A DNA stretch of 63,550 bases, the filler included, from Neolecta irregularis DAH-3 (taxonomy: Eukaryota): the NCBI GenBank assembly GCA_001929475.1. It is 5 parts of 5 records of this genome, joined end to end, with 100 filler letters (N's around TTAATTAATTAA, not from the genome) between each part and the next. Parts side by side here need not be neighbours in the genome. Positions count along the whole stretch, not along the records: positions 1 to 19,695 come from LXFE01000420.1; positions 19,796 to 41,338 come from LXFE01000422.1; 3 more parts are not named here. One strand, written 5' to 3'. Both the position numbers and the translations under genes were made by a program. Shown here piece after piece: positions 11,619-23,216 of the stretch (position 1 is its first letter; every line of letters starts with the position of its first letter). A model generated the notes under the pieces. The model made no database searches. It was not told the origin of the DNA and saw nothing but the letters and a program-made list of their open reading frames with translations.

Positions 11619-14525
11619 TCATACACTACTTATCTTCTCAATGGACAAAGTCTCCCTCAACCTCCTCTCAAAGATTTCGCTCATCTTTGGAATCTCAACT
11701 AGCACAGTTTTAATAGGCTCACAGTCTCTCGATCCCAGATTCTCCTTTAATTGTTGTCGACGCTTCCGTTCGAGTTCAATAGGATCAACATCATCCTCTT
11801 CAGATGCCTCTGAGGAGGAATCAGAATGATCAAGAGTGTCCATATCTGCCAAGTCGCTATCACTGATCCCGAAATCATTTCCAGAAAACAAGTTTTTAGG
11901 GATTGACTTTTCAAATGTGGTTTGTCCCAACCCCATCTTTTGACGGAGTCGAGATACTTTCCATTGTTTATAGCGGCCATTCCAGTCAACTATTTCGTTT
12001 ATCTCTTTGATAACTTTATCGTAATCAGCGCCCGAATCGCGAATCAGTCCGAGAATATCAACCTTCGCGGTACCGTTGCGGAGAAAGTGAAGAATAAGTT
12101 CGATCCATTCTACGAGATCCTTGAATAGACCCTAAGAGAATTCAGTACCAAGCCCATATAATAAAAGCACATCATCATGGATATGGACTTTATGAACGAA
12201 TGAATACAGATCCTGCTCATGGCGAGCTGCAAGGTCAATAAAAGATTGGACCAGCGTATTGGGCGACATCGAAGACTCTGCAAAGTCAGAGGCAACACTC
12301 GAAAAGTATAAATGCCTTCAGAATTCGATTTTTCCACAGTCGCAATTATATCGTCAACAAAATTCGCAAAATCGATGACCGAGTTATGCACATTTGCAGT
12401 TTTATAAACTCTCGCGAGGGGTTCGTAAAATATCACAATGATATCTTTCAGTAGTGAACTAAGTACACTCTCCTGTACCAACGAGATCATCTCTTCTTTG
12501 TCACGCTTGCGCATCAAAATACGAAGATACTGTGTGAAATTTGAAAATATGCGAGCTTCAGGTTTAACTTCATTATTCTAAGATATTAACAAAGAGTGCC
12601 AGAAAGAATTATACATTATCAAAAGCTTCCTTGTACGCTTGAGATGCTTCAAAGACCATCTGAATATGTCGAGGCTGTAACGGCGGAGTAATTATATCAG
12701 ATTGAAGGATTCCTACAAGCAAATCCTTATCATCATCCAAAAGTCAGTTTTGTATTGGAAATGGAGACAAAACCAATGGATTCTCGAACCCTTTCCCGGA
12801 ACTCCCGGGTTCCATCCACGTAACATTCGATCCGTTTGCAAAGAACATCATCTGCAATCCGTAATTTGACTTCATCTGCTTTATTCTTCAATGCTTTAAT
12901 ATCATCATTCAACGTCGAGCTGATGATCCTCTGCAAAAGGCTTCGTCCACCGAATGGTTGCGCAGTGAACAAATCAATAATTCCACGAACCATCATCATT
13001 GGATTTGAAAACCTAACGGTGTTCTTCAATATAGTGTATGGGATAAGTGAATGTATGCGTTTCATCTGTGCAAACACTTCTGAAGAATTGTCTGCGGCAA
13101 TAAACATGTGATAAATCACTGCTGCAACTTCAATTCGGGCCCATTCAACGACTTTCTTGTAATGGGAGGGGAGATCTTTGATACTGTCATGCTTTCGTAT
13201 TTCTTGAAACATCGTTACAAGACCGTCTAGAAATTTAGAACCCCATGGAAACCAGGAAGATACGGTCTTGAATTAATTCTGCTTTGAATTGAGTCATATG
13301 TTTATCCAACTCCCGTGCTCTCATCTTTGCAATTTCCAGAAATTTGGCTTGCTCATCGACTCTTCTTTCGTCGAGTGCTTTGCGGAGTTTCTGATCTTTT
13401 AATTCAGAGAGAGTAAGAGTTGCTTCATCGGTGGTAAGGAATTTAAGCAAATGTCGAGATTGAGAGTAGTTTGGGTCGGCTAAGAGACGGCGTAGCCACT
13501 GACGAAGAGTAAGACGATTTTCTGATAACTTAACAGGTTATGTTATGGAAGCTATACCTTCACGGTGCAATGCGATAGCTGCGTTTTCGCTCCCAGTCGG
13601 ATTAGACCCACTGGAATCTAGAATCGAATCAGAAGCCAAAGAGCTTGAAGAGCAATTTCGAGAGAGCATCAATTTGGCAAATCGACCTGTGAATGGAGTT
13701 TTGTCTTTTTTGGGCAAAGAAGGAGGCCGTTTACTAGAAAACTCTTCCCTGATCTATATGCCTATCAGTCTGCAGCAACATAAAATTGCTTACATTTTTA
13801 TCTAGTAGCTTGAATGCTCCATACCGTTTGGCGACAATAATTTCAGTAGCATCAGGCCTCCTGGTTTTGATAAGGAACTCGGCATGATATTTCTTCCGAA
13901 TTTTGTGATTAGATGAGGGTGTTCGACGAACAGAGATGACATTGACATCAAACCCGTTAATGTAATTCCCTTCCGGAATGTTTCGAATAACATCAAGTTC
14001 TCCCACACTTGTATTCGTTTCTGCATCATCGACATGAATTGACATCTCATTCCCGCTTGCAGTCCTAATACCAGCATTCATCATCAATTGGACCAACTGC
14101 TCCATCTTGCGTCCCACTCTTCTGCGCTTTGTTATTTCAGTTCGATCTTCCGAAGCGGAAATAGCTTTTGAGGTAAACGCTTCAATGAACACCTGAACAT
14201 TTTCCTGCCAAAATTCATCCTGCTTCGCATCCCTTAGAAAGGGGAAGGTAATGATAAATTTGTTAAAGATATATCGAGAGATGGGAAAATGTGTGTTCTC
14301 AGGACTGATGTTTTCGCTCGAAGAGAATGGATGACCGAAACGCATCAATCCCTTTGGATCGGCCAAGCGATTGGCGAGTTCTTCATGAATTTGAATGGAG
14401 AGTAGCTCCTTCTTGAGATAGTGTTCTGCAACGCATCTTAGCTTATTTGGTTACGAGTCAAATTTCGCACCTTGAACTGGAGATAGATGGGTCTCACGGT
14501 CGATATCAGCCTGTTGATTGCCCAT
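11619..14525 (-). CDS. PX-associated/PX/DUF3818 protein (Lec1/Ypr097w-like), about 9 exons
   Basis: EHYLKKELL, FPFLRD..FWQ, KRRRVGRK, HSLIPYTILKNTVRFSNPM, AQPFGGRSLLQR, IFYEPLARVYK. Confidence 0.9.
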
Positions 14526-14752
14526 ATTCTGAAAAATAAACTTGGGTATAGACCAATCGTGGGAAATGGCAACGACCAAGTTGAAATACAAGATCGAATA
14601 TAGTCCTGCTGGTCATAAATTCACGTCACGCGCATAACCGTCAAGAATACGAAAAAGCATTCCAGGTTATATACATACACATTCACTGATGTCCTCTATT
14701 TCATCCAAGGTTTGGCATCTAATGCAGAATATCGGAGGATCCAGTAGTCGTG

Positions 14753-16493
14753 TCAGAGTTTACTATTCAAATCCGTAACTGCATTCGAGCCAATAGTACT
14801 AGGCGTTCGATCTCGAATAAGACTGCCTTGAGAAACATTGATAACTGCAGCAGCTTTCAATCGAAGGTTTCCACGATTATCGGTCCAAACTTCTCGAGCG
14901 TTTGTTTTTCTAGACGTTTCAGGAACAAAGAGCATATTGATGCCGCAAGCCTGTGTGAATTAGAACCGGGCAACGGAAGAAAAATTATTTACTACAAAGG
15001 AAATGGAAGCAAAAATAACGAAGACATAGCCTCCCATCGCAGCCTGCAAAGCCGGAAAGGCATATGCCTTGAAACGGTGAGAATCATTCAACAAGTTGGA
15101 GACATACAACAACAAATGTCGCCATCAAGTTGACAGCAATACCGAAACTTGGCGCAATTCTCGATATCTGTTCAGCCCCAGATACCATTTCGACAGCCAT
15201 GGCAAAAGGCATAGGACCAAGACCAAACCCGAATGATGCAACAAAGAGAATAGCCCCAATCGCAGTGAGAAGCTGCATGTTGCGAACGATTCCAATACAC
15301 ATGAAGATAGAGCATGTTCCCATACCAAAGATACTAGTAATCAATGGTTTCTTTCGACCAATCCTATTCACGAAGATTGCAGCAGCCAAGGTTGTAAAAA
15401 AGTTAACAATCTGGATAATCACGCTAAGGTATTTTGCAAATTCACCGAACAATGCAGACAATGTGGTCGTACTGTAAAATATGACAACGTTAATACCACA
15501 GAATTGTTGACTGAGCATAAGGACGAGAATTGCACCGAAGGCCTTTCGCCACTGTGAAAATACCGTCCAGGTGAGCTCGTTTAAACTTTCGACATGATTG
15601 TCATTCTTGTCATTACTGGTATCTTGCCGTCAGCTTTTGTCTCAAAGAAGCGCAGTTGCCTTTCCAAGCTTGAAGAATATTCTCAGCTTCGAGACTAGTC
15701 CGCGTGGTATAGAGAATCGCCTCAGCTGAATCGGCGTCATATGAATTGAACAAAAACTTTGGACTTTCAACTACCCAGAAGAGAAGGATTGTTTGAATAA
15801 TCTGAATATAAGCCCCAAGGCCAAAGAGGACTCTCCAAAGAGGAATAGTTGACATGCATGATGCAAGAATCTGCGTGAATAATATACCGATAACACAGGT
15901 CAATTGAGACATGATACCTATCGAGTGTAAGTACTTATCAGCAACTTGTGCAAGGATTCATACGTACCTAGCGGTCCAGCGATATTCTTGGGAGAAATTT
16001 CTGACAGATATATTGGACCAACGACCATAGCCTAAGCGAGTAAACATCATTCACACGACAAGTCCACACCACACCGCTTTGTAAACCAGATATCAACCTC
16101 CCGGTGATCAACATCGCCTTGTTTGTAGCAAGAGCCATCAATAGCGGGCCAGAAATCCCAGGGATTGTATTCCAAAGCATTGCCGTTCTAGGTCCTCTTC
16201 TAGCGAGAGTACCAGCACCAACGGCGCCAATTAGACCTCCAATCGCATATATACTTGTAGCAAGTGCATAATCATTTCTAGACATATCGATGCACGGTGT
16301 AATGAGTCCGGTAGTCAGTTCATAACTCTTTCCACACGAAACCACAGCTTCTGGAGTATTCATCTCGCCCTTTGGATATAAGATGCGCATAGCCCAGAAG
16401 ACATACGAGATGAATTCCATATTGTAATGAGCCAAGTGTCATCACAGAAACATAAAAGATCACTCTACAAGTTTTCTTATCCCAAGTGAACAT
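14753..16493 (-). CDS. MFS sugar-porter family transporter (Vps73/Ybr241c-like), 7 exons
   Basis: GSLQYGIHLGEMNTP, ESPK, SQQFCGINVVIFYS, GRK, FGFGLGPMPF, VPET; GC-AG intron 15623-15659. Confidence 0.9.
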
Positions 16494-17417
16494 AGTGAAA
16501 CGAGGAAACACTATCACACAAATGGGAGATGACTCTTTATAAGAGAGAATTCGCTCGTGATCGCGGGCTTCCGTATAGTGGACAGTTTGATTGTTTGAGT
16601 CCTCTATGGGAACAAATCAAGAAATGCTGACAATTGTGACGTAACAGTGCTCCTAGTTGATGATATTCAATCTACAGTCAAATCAGACTTTCTATATAGA
16701 TCAGGTCAGTCCGCAATTTCATGCGGTCTGACCGACCAAGCTAGAGGTCACTGTCTGTCCAGATGGTCGGAGTTTTCCTAGGCTCATTGTAGGTTATTGA
16801 GGGGCCTGCCAACAACTGAAAGAGCATCAGCATGAGATCAAGTTTAAAGATGGTAATAACTCAGAAGAGATATTGGAACTAGAGGGATTGCAGTAAGAGA
16901 CGAATAGACCAAGATAAAAAGTCTGCTTAGCAAACAATCCAATATATTCTCTAGAGATCTTCTGTATTTGTGTGACAGATCAATGAGACCTTTGTGAAAG
17001 CCCGAGGCCTTATTTGATCGAGAGCCTTCAACGATCTAGTAAAGTTCATGATGATCAGATTCCGGGTAAGTAGTATCCCCAACAATGGTGAGGGAAACCA
17101 ATTCACACAATGTAGCAAATTCTGCTAGAAATTTGACGGCTTAGTTATAAGTGATTTCAGACTGCATTATTAGAATTTGAATCTTTCGTGGGCTTTGCAG
17201 TGTGACCACGGTCGTAGAGTTGGATGATGAATATAAACCAAGGGGGGGGCTGGATCCTAGGTTTTTGTCTTGCTATCATCTGAATGTTGAGGAGATTAAA
17301 CCTAGATCTTTTATTTCTTTGAAAAAAAGAGAACACCATCAGGTCCAAACCAAAATTGTATACAAAAAGGAGATATGAAAAATCTTCCAACGCATAAAGA
17401 GCGTAATCTTGACTAGA

Positions 17418-19082
17418 TTAATCACCGTGCGAGATAATAATTTCACTATCACCATCTGGTAATAGCATTGGATTATCATATTTGCCACTCCAGACCATTG
17501 ACGCATTATCCATCCCCTTCGTTTCTGGTAGTAGCCAAGCTATCAAGACGAAGAACTTGAAGTTAGTCCGTGTTTTGTTTTTGGAAGCATACGATAGCAG
17601 AGAACAGTACGAATAAAAGGAACACTTTACCACCCATTTTCTCTCGAAGAGCCGGGAAGGCGAAACTCTAAACATTAGAAAGCCAAAAGGAATGAGAACA
17701 AACCACGGCAAATGTACATATCCAATTGATTGCAAAAGCAATACTCTGTGCAAGTTCTACCGCCTCGGGACCGACCAAGTCCGATGCCAAGATAAAAGGT
17801 ACAGGTCCTAACCCGATTCCAAAGCTCATGACAAATAGAGTTGCAGCAATGACTGTCATCTGGGGCATATGAAAGCTGATAGCGATAGCCAAAAGCGCTG
17901 AACATAATCCCATCCCGAAAATACTCCAAAGCAATAATGGTTTTCTACCATATCTTCCGATTGTAAACGTAGAGAACCCCGTTGTAGCAATATTGAGACC
18001 GCCGATCATCAGAGACATGTATTTAGCATTATCGTGATACAGCCCTGTTAGCGTAGTTGTGCTGTAGAAGATGACAGTATTGATCCCGCAAAGCTGTTGA
18101 CTAGCCATGATGATACAAACAATCATCAGTGGGTAACGCCATCGTATAAGCGTATTCAAAACAGGCTCTTTGAATTCCTTCATGCTGTACTTGCTAGTTC
18201 CTGAAATTTTAGTTAATCCTGGTAAATCGGAGATACTAAATCCTTTCTCTCGATACTCTATATCAATAGCCTTGTCAAATTTGCCGGAAGCCCTGAATTT
18301 TGCAAGTAAATATTTTCCCTCGTCGAAGTCTTTAGCGACAGCAGGGCTCTCCGGAATCGTGAAGAAAAGAATTAACTGCAGTACACTTATACCAGATGCA
18401 ATAACAAATATTAAACGCCAATGTGTAATACTGGCCAAGGGAATAGAAAGACCTTGTGAAACAAATATCCCAATCACGACTGCAAACTGGCTTAATGTTC
18501 CTTCGCATAAGTATAGAAAGGTGATGGAAACGCATACCAAACGTTCCCGAAAGGTTTGAAGGCGAGACCTCATTGATATAAAGTGGTACGATAACCATAA
18601 CCTATTACTCAACAACCAATTTCTATCAGACGTGCGCACGATGCCACTACCAGCACCGCTGATAATTCTGCCAAAAGCAAGCCCCGTTTTATTGACAGCA
18701 ACAGCCATGATAAGAGGCCCAAAAATTTGAAAGAACGACGCGACTTTCAGGGCATTCCTCCTGCCTACTTTGAGAATGAATGGAGATACGCTTGCGCCCG
18801 CAAGACCCCCGATTGCAAAGAATCCTGTTATCAAGCCATACATTGATGAATCCATGGGAATGCAGACCGGAAGCCACCCGAAGGAATCGTGTCCTTCAGC
18901 CGAGAATTTCGATCTGCAAGATATTATAAGCTCGGGCGTATTCATTTCACCCTGTATGTTAAAACACGAAGAGCATTACAGTTTACAAGATGGTAGCCGA
19001 ACAGGAAGGCCCCAATGACTACTACCGAGATGCTCCAATATAATAATTTACTAACTTTATAACATGAGTCTTGTAGCGACAT
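17418..19082 (-). CDS. MFS sugar-porter family transporter, tandem paralog, about 7 exons
   Basis: FGYHLGEMNTP, GRR, PESP, SQQLCGINTVIFYS, FGIGLGPVPF, LPETKG; intron positions largely match the neighbour. Confidence 0.9.
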
Positions 19083-19695
19083 TGTTGAAGAGGAAGAAGA
19101 GACCTAAGGCATGTCAGACATCTTGAATGTGTTTGGACGGCTAGTACGCTCATGTTTTTTCAGCTCGCACTGGTTAGTTGGGGGTGCAAAGCCATTAAAA
19201 TCAGGTATTGTCAGGGTAGAATTGATCTCGTGATTAATATGGAGCTACTCGACCTAGGACCAGTCGATTCCGGTAATGCCAGCGTAAAGGTTGATTCAAC
19301 CCTTACCTCCTCCCTATCTGAACAAATATTTACAATCGCAAAAAGATACATTCACCCTATGGAATATTTTTTATCTTGCTTGTCTTCGTAGTAGAAAGCC
19401 TGGAAGAATGTGCGGGATTAACAAGAATCTGGAATTGTAATACTGTGCTGTCACTTCCGGCCTGAGACTTCATCACCAGCAAACTAAGACGTGTTCCCTA
19501 TGGCCCGCGGTGCCTTTTTTAGGATAATATTTTCCTTCTGTCCTTGTCTTTCATTAACTAATTTTCTCGTCCCTCTGCCAGATAGGAGAATATTGGGGCT
19601 TTAAATATGTGCCTTGGATAGCCGAATATGCGGAGAGAAGGCGTAGTTGTTGTTCGATAAACTGCTTTTTCTGATCATAGGCAGATTTGGTGGTC

Positions 19696-19795
19696 NNNNN
19701 NNNNNNNNNNNNNNNNNNNNNNNNNNNNNNNNNNNNNNNTTAATTAATTAANNNNNNNNNNNNNNNNNNNNNNNNNNNNNNNNNNNNNNNNNNNN
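19696..19795. other. Assembly spacer (N run with TTAATTAATTAA six-frame stop linker)
   Basis: Identical 100-nt construct recurs at 41339, 43158 and 61468. Confidence 0.98.
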
Positions 19796-19971
19796 ACAAT
19801 TCCGTGACAAAAGCGAGCGCTGCAAAAGTACTCGCACTGCTCGAGAAGCAGGGAGAAATAGTAGTAAAGACATACGGTTGGTTGCAAATATCTAAAGCTG
19901 ACGCTAGGAAAACAGTCCGTCTATGTCATCAAGCAGGACAGTAATACCAGCGACAAAACTAACTGCAGGAC
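19796..19971 (+). repeat. Second partial HOP2 copy (allele or paralog) between gaps
   Basis: 176 bp matching 20472-20647 with 5 substitutions. Confidence 0.9.
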
Positions 19972-20289
19972 NNNNNNNNNNTTATCTTGCTCCTTTAGAC
20001 TTTTATTAATCGCGTTGGATTTATCTTGCTCCTTTAGACTTTTATTAGACATCTTAGAATACTGATCTAGACATCGATCACGCTCCTTTAGACATCTAGC
20101 GATATTATACTCATCTAGACATCTACTGTTAATCGCGCGTAATAGGATTATACGAATTTGGGCGTTTGCGGTAGGTGATCATGTCGTGACGCGAGTCGTC
20201 CCACGCCAACCTCATAGAGTCGTCACGTGAGACGACGCCGAATTCTTATTATATACTCGATACAAATATCTCGACTTTCCTTGCCAACA

Positions 20290-21227
20290 ATGGGAAAAGT
20301 AAAGACAACTCAAGTCAAGGGAGATGAAGGTATACCCTCCCGATCAAAGTTATTCACGGGAGCCGAGAAAATCGTTCTAGAGTACTTGAGGAAGCAAAAT
20401 CGACCATACAGTGCCAGTACGATATCCCGCTTGGGCAATACAATGACCAGCGGATATATCCTGCAACCTGCACAATTCCGTGACAAAAGCGAGCGCTGCA
20501 AAAGTACTCGCACTGCTCGAGAAGCAGGGAGAAATAGCAGTAAAGACATACGGTTGGTTGCATATATCTCAAGCTGACGAAAGGAAAACAGTCCGTCTAT
20601 GTCATCAAGCAGGACAGTAATACCAGCGACAAAACTAACTGCAGGACCCGCTGGACACTGCGTCGCCCCAGGAACTCGAGGAAATGGACGAAAAGATTCA
20701 GACCTTGAAGACCGAAATCGCTCAGGCGAAAAATAGGATAAAAGCGCTGACGTCATGTGTGCGCTGGAGTGGATGTTTTACTGACAAGAGCACTCGCTGC
20801 GCTGATGGGCACGCAAACGACACAAGAACTCGGCGCAAACATGCCCGTTCTCAAACAAGAGGTATAAATGCACACGGCCTGTCTGACGGCTATGGACGGA
20901 CGAATTGGAGGCGCGATTAAGTTCGCTGCGGTCCGGCAGTGTCCGGCTAATTACCCCTGAAGAACGGACAAGAATTGACAAAGAATATGTATTTATGCGC
21001 AAGACGTGGCGCGCGAGAAAGCGGATGGTGCCGGTAGATGCCGGGGATAATGCTGATACCCAGTTTGCGGATCTGTGGTTTGCGCTGACGGAGAATCTGG
21101 AGCACGATGGCGAGTTGCGGGTATTTATTGTTTATCCGGGTGCTCATGACAGGCGATGCTGGGGATCGAGGACGACGAAGAAGCCATGGGCGACGATTTG
21201 GTGGTGGAATCCAAACCCGGCAAGTAA
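20290..21227 (+). CDS. HOP2: Meiotic homologous-pairing protein Hop2/Meu13, 9 exons, two predicted non-canonical introns
   Basis: LEYLRKQNRPYSATDI, KTYGKQSVY, ITPEE, WRARKRMF, LGIEDDE; introns 20330-20362, 20417-20450, 20553-20583, 20613-20644, 20757-20790, 20862-20895, 21028-21063, 21121-21152. Confidence 0.93.
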
Positions 21228-21525
21228 GACTGCGGCAACGTGACCTTTTCCCCACCCGCCTCCTCGATTCCTCCTGTTTGTTATAGCTGTATCAATTTAT
21301 AGCCGCTTAGCTATCAACCGCTGTTTATGCAAAGCCTGCTGTTTATNNNNNNNNNNCCATTTATAGCTGTATCAATTTATAGCCGCTTAGCTATCAACCG
21401 CTGTTTATGCAAAGCCTGCTGTTTATCCGCCCAAAGTTCTGCCGTCCTAGAGCCGCGATCCTGAAATATCCTGCCCGATCCTGAAATATCCTGCCCGATC
21501 CTATTCACGCTCCACCGTAAACACA

Positions 21526-22947
21526 ATGACCGCCCTGCACAAAACCCAGCCGCAAAACACAGACGGCCACCGTGCGGCGGCAGTCGGCAGCCCGCCGGGA
21601 AACAGCATGTCCTTGCACAAGCGTCCATGCTGACCGGCAGACACAAGCCATGTTCCGTGCAAGTTCTTCCGCCAAGGCGCCTGCACCGCCGGCCGCAGCT
21701 GCCAGTTCTCGCACATCGTCGAGACGGAGCACTTGGTGTGCAAGTACTTTCAAAAGGGAAACTGCAAGTTTGGCACAAAGTGCGCACTGGCCCATATTCT
21801 TGCAGACGGCCGGCGGGTGCCTTCGCGCTCGCCGCATTACACGCCGGGAGGCACGCTGCCTGCCTCGCTGCAGCTGGGCAGCCGCATTGTTCCCGCGGGC
21901 GCAGCGCGATCCGGGCCGTCGGCCCTGCACAACGGCCTTGTCATGTCCCGCAAGTCGCAGTCCCCTCGCGACGAGTTTCCCGCCCTGTCTTCGAATCCCG
22001 CCCAGCGCTCGTTCCCGATGCCGATCCCTAACCAGTTCCCATCGATCTCAAGCCCGTTCCATCCGCCAACCACCGCCGGCTTTGCCGCCAAGACCCTCGG
22101 CCCGCTCGACGCTACCCTGCCGCCGTCCCTCGACTCCAACTCGCTGTCCTATTTTGCGCGCCACGGCCCCGTTGCCGCGTCGGTGCCCTCCAGGTTTGGA
22201 CGCTCGCTCGGCTCCTCCGCGTCGCCCTACACACACACCTCCTTGTTTATCCACAGCGACAAGGCCCGCGATCTTCCCTCCGGCCGCGCCCCAGGCTCGC
22301 CCCGCAACTCCTCGGCGTTTGCCCACGACAGGCACCGTCAGTCGATACTCTCCCGCCCCGCCGCCGTGTCGTCAAGCTTTCCCGCCCGCGGCTGGCCTGC
22401 AAACAACAGCGCCGATGAAGCGGTCGATGACGATATAGAGTTTGCGCTCGAAGAAGAGTTTGTTCCCACTTCGCTGCACGAGGATGTGTTTTCGCCTCAA
22501 GAACGACAGCGCCGTCTGTCTCGTCATGGACAACGAGAAAGCATGGAACGCGAAGCACGAAACGCCCTCTATTCCCCTCCCGTCGAGCTTTCTTCCAGTT
22601 CAGGCTCAATTCCAAGAGGCACGCCCCCCTCTTCATCTCGCTTTGGCGCTCTATTTAGCTCTCGATATTCTAAAGACGATCTCGTCTCGCCAAACTCGGG
22701 ACACGTCGCTTCCCCATTACGCAGGTCGGTAGATCTCGTGTCACTTCACACTAGTCAACGTATACTCGACTTTGATCCTACCCCAGATTCCAGACCCCCA
22801 GACTTTCTCTACGTCCCACCCGTCACTGCAACACACAATCAAAAATCGTCCGTCGCCTCCATTCATCCAGACGACGATACAACCTTCTTCATGGACGACC
22901 CAGATGAAAGTCTGGTTACAGCAGAAATGCACAAAGTGTTGATTTAG
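21526..22947 (+). CDS. Tandem CCCH zinc-finger protein (Cps3/Lee1-like), 2 exons
   Basis: NTSHVPCKFFRQGACTAGRSCQFSH and CKYFQKGNCKFGTKCALAH; EEEFVP motif; GC-AG intron 21605-21640 removes an in-frame stop. Confidence 0.9.
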
Positions 22948-23119
22948 TAACGGAATATATACGGTACATAGAAGGGATTATTTACGATTGGAATTTCAAA
23001 AAGCAAGAATTCACTTGAATAATTGGGGGTTTGATCGAGGTGGTAGGTAACTTAAAATTGACTCGGGGTTTCTAAAAGATGTATACATTCGCTTTGTGTT
23101 GTGTTTCTCCTGTTTCGCG

Positions 23120-23137
23120 TAAGACACGCGTGTCTTA
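23120..23137. promoter_or_regulatory. Perfect 18-bp palindrome with MCB box (ACGCGT) upstream of EXO1
   Basis: TAAGACACGCGTGTCTTA, preceded by TCGCGT, 80 bp before the ATG. Confidence 0.55.
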
Positions 23138-23216
23138 ACCAACCACCATACTCGCCCGACATTCTCGATACTCGCCCGATACTCGTAGCCAGATATTCTC
23201 AATACTCGTACCCGAC

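Noticed and set aside
18201-18242. Possible GA donor (AAAG|GATTTA) in the MFS gene
   Set aside because: A canonical in-phase GTATCT donor 6 nt further gives a normal 36-nt intron
17668-18945. 425-aa continuous MFS ORF
   Set aside because: Reads through introns; two introns (38+37 nt) compensate frame and put the intervening exon in the wrong frame
21281-21426. Exact ~66-bp direct repeat
   Set aside because: Copies flank a 10-N gap; typical unmerged contig overlap
21377-22732. Multiple long overlapping ORFs; likewise at 41383-44109
   Set aside because: Shadow frames caused by high GC over real genes
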